A stretch of 64,000 bases of DNA from Eledone cirrhosa (Eukaryota). The notes under the pieces are model-generated. The model did not search any database, had not been told where the DNA came from, and worked only from the letters and a program-made list of their open reading frames with translations. Below are positions 13,836-26,725 of the stretch, one piece after another (position 1 is the stretch's first letter; each line of letters starts with the position of its first letter). A program made the position numbers and the translations under genes. Location of the stretch: positions 10,354,001-10,418,000 of the forward strand of contig OZ024762.1 in the NCBI GenBank assembly GCA_964016885.1. Reading direction: 5' to 3'.

Positions 13836-14145
13836 GAGGCGGATTTTCAGGTCTCTACGAAGGGTCCGACTTCCACACCGATCTCAAGCTGTGGCACGCC
13901 GCCACAGGCCTTGCTCATCCTCTCAACCACATCATCTTCCGTATTCCCAATCTTTGCTCCCAAATACAGGAAGCCCTCAACCAATTCTAGCGGCTTCCCG
14001 CCTACATTAGTGATCCCCTCTGGCTTCTCAACATTCTCTACCAGATATTTTGTTGGAGACGCAGGACATGGCAGCGATAATGAGGGACAGAGACCGCTAG
14101 AGAGAACTCGTCCATGGATCTCAGGAATTTTACCCGCCTTAGAAT
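13832..14145 (-). mobile_element. Decayed LINE (RTE-like) RT fragment
   Basis: Translation [31 protein letters not shown] matches the E.V..F.YLG thumb motif. Confidence 0.65.
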
Positions 14146-14186
14146 AGAATAGAATATATATATATATACATACATATATATATATA

Positions 14187-14364
14187 CGAGGGGCAATCCC
14201 AAAAGTAAGGTCTCCTTCCGATATTGCAACTTTTCCCTTAAAATCCTGTGGATGGTGCTTCGGGGAAACCTCAGGAACTAAAATGCAGAGAGCATCCAGA
14301 GTGATCCGCCGATCTTTACGCATGTTTTCCTCGGAAGGAGACCTTACTTTTGGGATTGCCCTCG
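14187..14364 (-). mobile_element. Internally deleted mariner element
   Basis: TIRs of about 30 bp (CGAGGGGCAATCCCAAAAGTAAGGTCTCCTT) with TA on both sides; interior translates to DRRITLDAL..HRILREKLQYRK, a transposase HTH remnant. Confidence 0.85.
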
Positions 14365-14477
14365 TATATAATAACTGCGCGAAATTCGCACTTGGCTGCG
14401 GTAGCGTTCAACGGGAGCTCCATTCTCAACGGCTGCCAAGCCAAGATTGAGCATCCCAGCGAAGCGCGCGCATGCTC

Positions 14478-14529
14478 AGCTTCCTGATGATTTCTCCCCG
14501 AATGAAACAGTTCTTGTCCTGTAGAAGCT
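14478..14529 (+). ncRNA. Type I hammerhead ribozyme motif within a short element (about 14373-14610)
   Basis: AGCTTC-CTGATGA-TTTCTCCCCGAAT-GAAA-CAG(TTCTTGTC)CTG-TA-GAAGCT; perfect 6-bp stem I; downstream tail homologous to about 5420-5497. Confidence 0.75.
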
Positions 14530-14611
14530 TTTCTATATTAAATATTTATGCTCTGCTATGTATTGAGTACCTTACTTACTGTGGTTACCCCCGATTGAAC
14601 CTGGGATAACT

Positions 14612-14654
<43 letters not shown>

Positions 14655-14662
14655 CGATATGC

Positions 14663-14694
<32 letters not shown>

Positions 14695-14811
14695 TATATA
14701 TATATAATATACACATGTATGTTTGTTCGTGAACATGAGCCTGAGGGTGCATGCATCTGGGTGTGTGCGTGCTCCCACCCTCTTCCCTAAGCATGAATCC
14801 ACTTCATGCCC

Positions 14812-15345
14812 ACCCTAACCTAACCCTAACCTAAGCCATCCATCTCCATCATCACCCACACACACAGTCACACACCCCTATAATCACCATCATCATCATC
14901 ATCATCACCCGGCACTACCACCATACTCTGCTCATACCAACACCACCATCATCACTGCCATCCCCCACCACCACAACCCCTACCCTCACCCCCACCCCGA
15001 AACCCTACCCTCACCACCTCCACCCCACAACCCTAACCTCACCACCACCCACCACCACCCTACCCTCACCATCCCCACTCCACCAACCCTACCCTCACCA
15101 CCACCACAACCCTACCCTCACCATGCCCCCCCCAACCCTAACCTCACCACCACCACCACAACCCTACCCTCAACATCCCCCCCCACAACCCTAACCTCAC
15201 CACCACCTCAACAACCCTCCCCTCATTACCCCCCCACAACCCTACCATCACCATGCCCCCTACAACCCTAATCCCCCACCCCCACAACCCTAACCTCACC
15301 ACCACCACCACACCACCACCACCACCACCACCCTACCCCCCTTAA
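14812..15345. repeat. C-rich degenerate repeat with CCCTAA/CCCTAC cores
   Basis: CCCTAACCTAACCCTAACC followed by many ACAACCCTA(A/C)CCTCACC units. Confidence 0.75.
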
Positions 15346-16086
15346 CAACAACAAGAGGTCTGAAGAGTCACTTCTATCTGCTATCAAGTGACAAAAAAAG
15401 TGTCCCTTGTTATTCCAGGAATGGAATGTCTGATGGAAAAACCAACACTAGAGGGGGCTTACATACACACACATATAGAGAGAGACACACATACACACAC
15501 ATATATAGAGAGAGACACATACACACACATATATAGAGGACACATACACACACATATAGAGAGACACATACATAACATACATACATATATATAGAGAGAG
15601 AGAGAGACACACATGCATACATATATATATATATATATATAGAAGAGAGAGAGAGAGACACACACATACATACATACACACACATATAGAGAGAGATAGA
15701 CACACATACACACATATATATATATATATACATATACACACACATATATATAGAGAGAGACACACATACATATATATAGAGAGAGATAGACACATATACA
15801 TATGTATACATTACACACATATATATATAGAGAGAAAGAGATAGACACACATACATACATATATAGACACATATATGTATATAGATACACACACACACAC
15901 ACGCACACATATATAGAGAGAGAGATAGACACATATATATGTATATAGATACACATACACACACACGCACACATATATATATATAGAGAGAGAGATAGAC
16001 ACATATATGTATATAGATACACATACATACATACGCACACATATATAGAGAGAGATAGACACATATATATGTATATAGATACACAT

Positions 16087-16119
<33 letters not shown>

Positions 16120-16215
16120 CAGATACACACATACACATGCATACTTATATATATAGAGAGATAAACATATATATATGTATATAGATATACACACACATAC
16201 ATATATATATGTATA

Positions 16216-16415
16216 NNNNNNNNNNNNNNNNNNNNNNNNNNNNNNNNNNNNNNNNNNNNNNNNNNNNNNNNNNNNNNNNNNNNNNNNNNNNNNNNNNNNN
16301 NNNNNNNNNNNNNNNNNNNNNNNNNNNNNNNNNNNNNNNNNNNNNNNNNNNNNNNNNNNNNNNNNNNNNNNNNNNNNNNNNNNNNNNNNNNNNNNNNNNN
16401 NNNNNNNNNNNNNNN
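16216..16415. other. Assembly gap (200 N)
   Basis: N run. Confidence 1.
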
Positions 16416-16870
16416 ATATAATTATTGGGAGTTCCACCACCCCTAAATATAATATAATTATTGGGAGTTCCACCACCCCTAAATATAATATAATTATTGG
16501 GAAGTTCCACCACCCCTAAATATTATATAATTATTGGGAGTTCAACCACCCCTAAATATAATATAATTATTGGGACGTTCCACCACCCCTAAATATAATA
16601 TAATTATTGGGAAGTTCCACCACCCCTAAATATAATATAATTATTGGGAGTTCCACCACCCCTAAATATTATATAATTATTGGCAGGGTTCCACCACCCC
16701 TAAATATAATATAATTATTGGCAGGGTTCCACTAGCCCTAAATATAAACTATAATATCAATATGCACACTACACATGCCACCGAAGGGTGGTTTTTCTGC
16801 TAGTGTAATATAATTATTGAGAGGTTACACCACTCCTAAATATGATAAAATTATTGGGGTCTTCCACTGC
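16416..16870. repeat. 37-39-bp minisatellite, truncated by the gap
   Basis: Unit CCACCACCCCTAAATATAATATAATTATTGGGAGTT; same array at 42330-43170. Confidence 0.95.
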
Positions 16871-17516
16871 CGTTAAACCTTGGGAACAGGCCATGATATC
16901 AAATATCTTTAAACCCTTCAGCATTTAAACTGGCCATATCCGACTGCAGCAAGCCACTTATACTGATGTTATGGTATTGTTCTGAAAATAAATATCAAAA
17001 TCTCATAGATTCGATATTATGTGAGATAAATATATAAGATAAATCCTTTACCGTGAAAATATAATAGTAAATATAGAGTAATGTAAATGCTAATGGGTTA
17101 AACAGCCTCTATTATTAATGCTATCTTCTTTATTTCAGTTCCTTTGAATTCAACCGTGTAAAGAAACTGCTACAATTGAACATTTTGACTTCCCAATGAC
17201 TCTTAATATTCTTACCACTGAGAAACGCTTCACCTTTTTCTAAATAAACCAAAAGACTTTCTTGCAAATTATTCAGTTGTTTTGAGTTTTATATTTTATT
17301 TTTATATATATTCCTACATTGTTCTGTGTCATTATATATATGTGTGTGTGTATATATACATATATATATGTGTATATATATATATATATATGTGTGTATA
17401 TATATATATGTATAAATATATGTATATATATATACATATATATATATAGGATTTCGCTTCAAGCATAGCTACGGCTTCCTAAATGTTCTTGTAAACATAC
17501 CGTGTTTCTTTAGAAA

Positions 17517-17650
17517 TTTTTGTTATGTTTTTGTCGGTGTTTTTGCATTTCACTAGGTGTTTCTTAAATGAGGAAACGTTAGTATTGAGGTGTTCTTTTA
17601 TTCTTATGTGGAGTGGTCTGGTGGTGCTACCTACGTAGAAGTTGCTGCAT
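17517..17650 (-). pseudogene. Truncated Penelope-like GIY-YIG endonuclease fragment
   Basis: [20 protein letters not shown]; shortened version of 45321-45570. Confidence 0.75.
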
Positions 17651-17738
17651 ATATATGTATATATATATATATATATATATACATATATATCTATGTATAT
17701 ATATATGTATATATATATATGCATATATATGTATGTGT

Positions 17739-17770
<32 letters not shown>

Positions 17771-17817
17771 GCATATATATGTATGTGTATATATATGTAT
17801 ATATATATATATGTATA

Positions 17818-17886
<69 letters not shown>

Positions 17887-19789
17887 CTATATATCTATAT
17901 ATATCATCATCGTTTAACGTCTATCTTCCACACTAGCATGGGTTAGATGGGTTTGTCCTATTTAGAGGCAAGCTGGGTTGGGTGACCGTGACTCACTCAT
18001 ATAGGGCTGTTTTCTACGGCTGGATACCCTTCCTAACGCCAACCACATTTGCAGTGTGGACTGGCTGTTTTTTACCATGTCACCTACACAACCTCTTTAC
18101 AGTGTGGACTGGGTGCTTTTTGCCATGTCTCCTACACGACCTCTTTACAGTGTGGACTGGGTGCTTTTGTCCATGTCTCCTACACGTCCTCTTTACAGTG
18201 TGGACTGGGTGCTTTTTGCAATGTCTCCTACATGACCACTTTCCCATTGAAAATATCTCTATGTTAATTCAGAAAAAATGGTAAATCTGATGTAAATGGA
18301 ATTAAAAATAAGAGATTGATGCAAACAAAAATGTTGAAACCAGGTTATGTGGCAATGACCTCCTAGAGGGGTATTGTGGAATTAAGTATTGCCTGGTACT
18401 TGTGTCAAGTAACAATGATCCGGGGAGGGGCTATGAACGACAGCTGTAATAACATCAACAACAAATATCCAACAGTAGTGACAGCTTTCCCACCACCACC
18501 AAATAAATAGACAGATAGATAAATATTAAATAGATGAGTCCATTCGTTATGTCAATTATAGTACAGATAATATTGGAAATAGTGTAATAATAATAATAAA
18601 ATATATATATATATATATATTTATGCAATCAAAAGGTTGTGAGTGCAATTCTCAGACCGAGTGATGTGTTGTTTCCTTGAGCAAGACACTTTATTTCACG
18701 TTGCTCCAGTTTACTCAGCTGTAGAAATGAGATGATAGGGCTGGGATCCCTATCATTCCACTGTAAAGTGGTCGTGGGGGTGCCACGGCAAAAAAAAGGC
18801 ACCCAGCCCACACCGTAAAGTGGTCGTGGAGGTGCCACAGAAAAAAAAGGACCCAGCACTCACTGTAAATGAGGTTGGTGTTAGGAAGGGCATCCAGCTG
18901 TAGAAATCATGCCAGAATCGGTTCCCGTCCCAGCCTTGCAAGCAGGGAAAAGCGGACGTAAAATAATGATGATGATGATGATGATATATAAACAAAATTA
19001 GCTCAAATATCGAATCTTGAAATGTGAGTGTATTAGAATTTGTAGTACAATGGAAAAGCTTGGCGTAAGGAAGCTGTTAAAACAGCAAAATATTGTTGAT
19101 GTAGCGTTGGGTAAAACATTACCTCGAGGGACAGAGATCAGCGACTCGATTCAAGTTGAATCGAAGAAATGATAGGAAGGAAGAAATAGAATGGATGAGA
19201 ATAGGTGACAAATATTAAAATATGTTCATCAGATCTCAGCCACTGCAGTTTACACACATACATGTTCCCCACCAAGGCACAAGTCTGGTCAAGGTGTGTT
19301 TGTGGAAGACCAACAGTCACCCATGTATACCAGTCTCCTCTCTCCATGCCACCAATGTTGTCCAAAGGAAAGGCAATGGCTGATACAACTTGGAACCAGT
19401 GATGCCACAACTCATATATACACTCTATATATACATCATGTAAAGTATATATAGACTATGTACATTATCATCATCATCGTTTAACGTCCATCTTCCACGC
19501 TAGCATTGGTTGAACGGTTTTGTCCCGCTTGAGGCGAGATTGGTCGGGAGACCGTGTCTCGCTCATACAGAACTGTCTCTGGCAAGTTTCCTAAGGCTGG
19601 AAGTACTTCCTAACATCAACCATATTTACAGTGTGGACTGGGAGCCTTTTTACTGTGTCTCCTACACATTATATATACACTATGTACATTATATATACAC
19701 TATGTACAGTATATATATACTATGTACTGTATATATACACGATGTACAGTATATATACACTATGTACAGTATATATATACTATGTACAT

Positions 19790-21100
19790 AATACTTAGCT
19801 TTTGTTGACCTAGAGAAAGCCTTTGATAGTGTACCCCAATCTGTCATCTGGTGATCCCTAAGGAAACTAGGTGTTGAGGAATGGCTTGTGAGGACAGTGC
19901 AAGCTTTGTACAGAGGTGCTGTCTGTAAAGTGAGGGTAGGAATGGAGTTTAGTGAGGAATTCCAGATACAAGGAAGAGTCCATCAGAGTTCGGTCCTCAG
20001 CCCGCTCTTGTTCATTCTAGTCCTCCAAGCCATAACAGAGGAGTTTAAGACTAGCTGCCCATGGGAACTTCTCTATACTGACAATCTGGTTTTTATAGCA
20101 GAATCAGTAGAGGAGCTAGAGAATAAATTCTGGCTATGGAAACAGCAGTTGGACTTAAGAGGACTGAGAGTGAACCTAGCTAAAACAAAAGTGTTGATAA
20201 GTAGAAAAAAGGACAAAACTCTGATGGCCATGTTCGATATGCAGAAAAGGAATTGGCATACATTCTATAAAATGTACACAATGCAGATCTTGGGTACACA
20301 CGAGATGTAGTGGGATAGCAGGCAAACTACCAGGTAGGGAAAACTACGTATGCAGTAGATGTACAGGGAAATTTGACAGTAGAAGTCGCATTGATAGACA
20401 CATTTTTCAAATGCAAGTAGGTTCTATAAAAGTGGTTGATAGCTTCAGTACCTAGGTGATCAGATTAGTATGGGAGAGGGGGGGGGGGTGTTCCGAGGCC
20501 ATAGTATCTAGAATAAGGACAGGCTGGAAGAAGTTTAGGGAGCTGCTTCCTCTGGTGACAAAGAAGGGTTTCTCCCTGCATACAAAAGGTTGGTTGTTTG
20601 ATGCCTGTGTGAGATGCACAATGTTGCATGGTAGTGAGACATGGGCAGCAACTGCAGAGGATATGCGAAGGCTGAAGAGAAATGAAGCAAGCATGCTCCA
20701 TTGGATGTGCAATGTCAATGTGAGTGAAAGACCAAGTATGGACGAGTTGAGAGTGAAACTCTATAAGAAGGATAAACTGCAGTGTGCGGGAGAAAAGACT
20801 GCGTTGGTATGGCCATGCGATGCGTATGCAGGATTACCGCAGGGTGAAGAAGTGCCAAGTAATCCCAGTGGGAGGAATATGCAGTAGAGGAAGACCAAGG
20901 AAGATATGGGCAGAGGTAGTGAGAGCTGACCTCAGATCGTTGAAGCTCAGAGGAGATGATGAAGGAGAGATGCTGCGCTGAAGAGGATCTGTCCCACCCT
21001 TATAAGCAGGGAAAGGTGGATGTATAATGATGATGATATATATATATATGTCCCACCCTTGCAAGCAGGGAAAAGCAGACGTAAAATGAAAATGATGATA
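19790..21100 (+). mobile_element. Decayed RTE LINE 3' portion
   Basis: LAFVDLEKAFDSVP, VHQSSVLSPLLF, ELLYTDNL, LHGSETW and RLRWYGH motifs with stops and frameshifts. Confidence 0.9.
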
Positions 21101-22309
21101 TATATATAGATAGATAGATAAATATGTATATATATATATATATATTTATACTTATACGTCATGGTGGCTACAGGTGCCAATAGGAAGAAACCGGACAATC
21201 CTCTGATATTTGTTTATCTTCCTTTCCTTCGTGGGCCGCGGTACCCGGGTTTGTGGCCGAAGCGACCAAGTTGAAATCGGCCACTGGTGGTTGATATCAC
21301 CAGGTTAGGAAACCCTGGTTTAGTCGCTCCAGTTATTACTTCGTTAGACATAGTCCGTAATTGAAATTAAAGCCTAAAGGTGTACTAAAGCCACAAACGT
21401 TTTTCTATCTATGAATTATTAGTGGTGTAAACAGATGAATTAAAGTCAAAGTTAACAAATATATCACCAAGAAGAATATCTAAGGATTTCCAAAGTGTAA
21501 AGTCAGCTCAAGCCTGGAGACTTATCAAGCAGGTGCCTGTCCCAGTTCCTGTAGCGTAAAGGGACTGAGAGTACATGACTTCCCCCTGGACATGATGTCA
21601 GTCGATCGCAGGGTTAACCCCCCACCTATGTGAAATGAAGTTTTTGCTCAAGTAAAACAACTAACAACACAGTTCAGGAATCGAATACACATATGATCGT
21701 AAGACCACGGGCCTCCACTATCGAAGGATCTACCCTTCATTAAAGAATACATTAGACTTATGCTTACGTCGCCGACATAATTATGGTTGGTCGGAAAGGA
21801 CATTACTGAAAATAAAGAATGAACAACTAAAGGAAGACAACAGAAACGGTCCCTCCTATCTGAAATATTAAGGAAGGAATCTACACAGGAGGGCCCATCT
21901 TCCTACCAAAAGAATTATTTTAACAAGCCTACATCCTACTGAGCCCAAGAAAGGGGCCTCATAACTAGAACAGGCCTCATTTGTCCTAAATACGGAGCTG
22001 ACTTTACATATAATTATATATATGCAATAAAAGCAAAATCTTTAACTTAATTATATATATGCATATGTATATATATATAGTATGTGTGTGTATATGAAGA
22101 TGTATGACCCCTAGCAAGCCAAACTACAGTTACTCCCCAACATGGAGAGCAAATTAAAACATTACCTGTTAGAGACGAACGTGAAATGATTTGTGAGTGA
22201 ACTACCGGTGTAACAGTAATTATGTTACCGGTGTAACTATTTCTGTTTACCTTATTTTTAAATCACACTCCTATATTAGTTTAGTGACCTTTCAATTCAA
22301 ATAAATTCT

Positions 22310-22720
22310 TGATGATGAGTGAACTCGCATCGGAGTAGCCCAACGCCTTGGCCTCCGCGTGTGTGAGCCACATAAATGCTCTCAACGACATAATGAGAAG
22401 AAGCCTGGACGCAGCTGACTTTCCATCTCAACAGGAGCCAGCAGGCCTAGGCCGCGGAGATGGCAAGCACCCCGAGGGAATCACCCTCTTCCCATTCGAA
22501 GGAGGTAGATCCACAAACCCCGGCATCGCTGCCCGTCTCGCAGATAAACAAATTCCGGTGTTTGTCCTGGCGCTTCTTCTACGCACCAGCCGCCGTCGAG
22601 ACCCCAGGCCTACTTGGACCCATTACAGCTGAGCTCCTCCGCAACATCGGAGTGTCTGTGGCCCGTCTGAGGATGGAGTCCCACAAGGTTGGATGCCTGT
22701 TGCAGCAGGTGTCACTGCCC
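22310..22720 (+). mobile_element. Remnant of an RLE-type (CRE-like) non-LTR retrotransposon C-terminus
   Basis: NALNDIMRRSL..EPAGLGRGDGKHPEGITLFPF and PAAVETPG resemble the DGKRPDG restriction-like endonuclease region; frameshifted. Confidence 0.6.
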
Positions 22721-22938
22721 TTACATATATATACGTAAATGTTCCCTTGACTGCTATTTCTAGCATATATTAATAGACACTTTAGAAACAGAAGCTAAAA
22801 ATCTGGAAACAACAGTGTGTGTCTGTATATATATACACAGAGAGAAAGAGAGAGATATAGAGAGAGCAGCCAAAGACACACACTCATACACATAGGTGTA
22901 TGTCTGCATGTATGTATATATATGTGTGTCTGTGCGTC

Positions 22939-22977
<39 letters not shown>

Positions 22978-22992
22978 TATTTATATTTATAT

Positions 22993-24177
22993 CAGTGATC
23001 CCCAACCTTTAATTAAACAAACCTGCTATGTAGCGATGATCAAATTAAACACCAAAATGTAAACAAACAGCCCATAGGTGCTGCCGGATACACGATAACA
23101 TGTGTAGACGAAGTAAAACTTTTATTACTGTAATATAAAGTAGAAACCCCTTATTTAAACAAAGCTGCGATGCAGCGATGATCAAAACAAACCTCAAAAT
23201 GTCAACAAACTTCTCGTAGGTGCTGTCAGATACACGATAACATGTGTATCTGGAAGTTTGGTCGTATTATATCACTTTCAAATTGACCCCTATTATATTC
23301 AAATTATCCCCTGTGGGGCGTGCACCCCACGTTGAGAATCCCTCATAAATAAATATATGTGAGTGTGTTGCTATGACTGCTATTTCTAGCAGGTTTACTG
23401 CAGTCCTGTAGACGCACAACAAAAACCGGAAGTGGCAGCCATTAAAAAACTTTGGCTTAAAATCAGGCAAAAGTTTTTTAACAATTTGCCAAGAAAGATA
23501 ACTCTTGTCTTACTTAATCGCAAAAATCGAGGCAAAAATTTTGCGGGTGTGCAGTTTGTTTGGTGTATTTGACTGCTATTTCTAGCATGTATAGACACTT
23601 TAGAAATAGCAGCGAAACACGGGAAACATCAGAAAGAAGGACACACACATTTTTGTCTCGATTTTTGCGATTAAGTAAGACAAGAGTTATCTTTCTTGGC
23701 AAAAACACCCTGGTTTGTTTACATTAAATTTTCTATTGTTTAAAAACTTTTGCCTGATTTTAAGTCAAAGTTTTTTAATGGCTGCCACTTCCTGTTTTTG
23801 GTGTGCGTCTACAGGACTGCAGAAAACCTGCTAGAAATAGCAGCCATAGCAACACACTCACATATATTTATTCATGAGGGATTCTCAACGTGGGGTGCAC
23901 GCCCCACAGGGGATAATTTGAAAGTGATATAATACGACCCAACTCCCTGTTACACTTCGTCTACAGATGTTATCGTGTATCTGGCAGCACCTGCGAGAAG
24001 TTTGTTGACATTTTGATCATCGCTGCATCGCAGCTTTGTTTAAATAAAGGGTTTCTACTTTATATTACAGTAATAACACTTTTACAAGACTCGGATTGTT
24101 TTTATATTAAAGGGGGTACATAAACATATTTTAAATGTCGAGGTGGGGCATGGTGCAGAGAAGGTTTTAAACCACTG
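22993..24177. mobile_element. hAT-like fold-back non-autonomous element
   Basis: TIRs CAGTGATCCCCAACCTT / AAGGTTTTAAACCACTG; similar 8-bp flanks ATTTATAT/ATATATAT; internal inverted arms of about 400 bp (23110-23530 vs 23655-24085). Confidence 0.75.
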
Positions 24178-24954
24178 ATATATATTTATTTATGCCCTTC
24201 TTTCTGTTGTTTTTTAAACTCTGAACTCAGCACCTTTCTGTTGTTCTCCGGGATTCTAGCAAAGTATAATAATATATATACATATATATATATATATCTG
24301 GTAGTCAACCTCAGACTCGAAAAAGCCGCCGCTAGTCGTGATCGTTGGGGTTATAATTAGACTAAAGTGCTTCCACATTGCACCATTAGCTGGTTGTGAT
24401 CATTGGAGAATTTCTTTCTGCGCTGAAAGAGCCTAGGACTAAAAGATATAAATATATATAGATGTCGAAACGGCAGTAGCACAGCCGTTGGGGTCCTGAA
24501 TATTTTCACATCTATATATGCGTGTGTATTCTGCGACATTTATAATTACATAAGCAAGCATATTTGAATAACAAAATTTGAGGTTTAAATACTTTATTTT
24601 TTACCAATAACATAGAGAAAGGCATGAACAACACCACATGTTAATTACTTTAATATTGAAAGTAGGCTTATAAATATTAAAAAAGCAGATTTTTGTATCT
24701 TTCATGGTGGTCTGGTGGGTGATACCAGAGATGGTGGTAGTCCTGGTTTCGATTTCAATCCTAGTCATGGGTTACATATAAGATTTCAATTTTTTTGACT
24801 GGGGTGAAGTGTCTGTCGGTAGAGATCTCAACTCTCACCATACGAAATATATTCAGAAAGAGATATTTCTCCACGCCATCAGTTATCTCGTCTTCATTCC
24901 GTTTCTATATATATATTTTTTTAATAAATAAAGTTCTAACTATAAGTACGACTA

Positions 24955-25280
24955 ATTTACTCAGTAGAGTTGCGCTCTGTGCATGGCGCTGCACGTAACG
25001 TTTCGCGCTTCGCTGTCGTACTTCGGTATGGCATAATCATTCTATGTGTCTGAAGATCGAATCGTTGCGGCGGCAGCCCCGCTCTATGCTGGCCGGCGTC
25101 CCCGCCTCGCATTGAATTTTTACTAAAAAATTCGCCGTTTGAATTACTTGCCCCTGATTGGAACTCTTCTCGTTTGTTGTCATTCTTCTTTATTGAATTA
25201 AACTGTTAACATCGTTTGGATTTACTCGTGTAATTTGATAGAATCAGTCTGGATATTATACTAATGGTGAGAGGTATGTA
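24955..25280 (+). promoter_or_regulatory. CpG-rich promoter/first-exon-like module, copy A
   Basis: Local CpG cluster, UUCG hairpin 25014-25033, ends in donor-like GAG|GTATGT at 25273/25274. Confidence 0.45.
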
Positions 25281-26364
25281 ATGTTTTATTTACCGTATAT
25301 ACACTCACAGACATACATTATTCTATATGCCTTTCATCCTTATGGGGTCGATAAAATAAAGTACCAGTAATGCACTGGATAATTGCTGGCCTTGTGCCAA
25401 AAGTAGAAACAATTATTCTATATACAGAAAGATTCTAGAGACGTACATATTGTTTTATTTAAACCTAAATACACACACAAAACTAGATTTATATATTTAT
25501 AAATGTTCTTTAGCTGAGGTAAAATACCCTCTAATTTACCTATACGAACGCTTTATTTGCCATGTATATTTTAATTCATTGCTAAACACTCGAAAATACA
25601 GTCTTAGATATATATTAACATTCTTTAGTGATTGCATTCACCTCTATAATCCATACACTGGAAGAAACGTTTCCTATCTAGATCAATATACACATATAAA
25701 GCTACATTTATATATACACCTTCATTCTTCTAAAGAGGTATGTAATGTTTTAGTTGTCCCTTAAATTCATCGATAAACACGTAGTTATTCCTGAGACACA
25801 AGAATATATTCCACTATCCTTCATATACAGGAGGAATGTTAGAGACGTATATGTATAATATAACCGTCTTTTTACTAAGAATAATAACTAAAACCCCTTC
25901 ATACTCAGGAAAACTAAACATTATATCTACATACACCGCCTTCTGTCTTATTCATAGTGGTACATTGTTAGAAGTAACTAACTAAGCCTTCTCTCGAAAC
26001 TATCATTGCATATTTTAAAATCCACTTCTTCATATACTATATTTAGGTTTAATCAATACATATATTGATGATTGGAATCATGGTCTTAAGATTACCCAAA
26101 TCGATACTAACTATTACAAATACAGATCTCTCTAAGGCTATGTTACCTACATATTAATTGTTCTGAAAAGATGCATCAGTCTTCTCCTCTATGGAGCAGA
26201 AACGTGGCCCCTCACAAAGACGATTGACAGCAGTGCCCTGAGGACCATCACAGCCTTAGTCTCGTTCAACGCAGTAGCACCTGGTCGGCTCTACTCATGA
26301 TGATGCCGGTCTAGTCTAACAAGAATAGATGTACAAAATACTCGAATATAAGGAAAATGTTATA

Positions 26365-26725
26365 AATAAGTATGCCTATTTGACTCTGTAGAATTGCGGT
26401 TTGTGCGTGGCGCTGCACGTAGCGTTTCTGGCTTCGCTGTCGTACTTAGGTATGGCATGACCACTCGATCGTGTCTGAAGTTCGAATCGTTGCGGGAGTC
26501 GGCCGGGTCCACAGCAGGCTGGCCTACTCTCCCCCACGCATGAGTTTTTGCCAAACAATTTGACGAGAGTTATCTCCCCTTAATTTGAATTATTTTCCCT
26601 TTGTTTACATTGAACTACTTCCGGTTTGTGGAACCCTTCTTACTTTGTTGTCATTTCTTTTCAGTGCATTGAAGTGGTAACATTCTACTTACTTGGATTT
26701 TACGTTCGTGTAAAGAGGTATGTAA
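26365..26725 (+). promoter_or_regulatory. CpG-rich promoter/first-exon-like module, copy B
   Basis: CpG cluster, ETS-type ACTTCCGG, FOX-type TGTTTAC, donor-like GAG|GTATGT at 26717/26718. Confidence 0.5.

Noticed and set aside
21160-21330. Possible HDV-like ribozyme in an RTE 5'-UTR-like segment (also 3420-3620)
   Set aside because: A TCCTTCG loop and a weak P1 are visible, but I could not build a consistent nested double pseudoknot by eye
25645-25675. HTGEK-like zinc-finger linker
   Set aside because: Isolated, with no C2H2 spacing or open frame around it
26063-26168. C/D snoRNA-like TGATGA...CTGA
   Set aside because: No terminal stem, and the inverted paralogue lacks the D box
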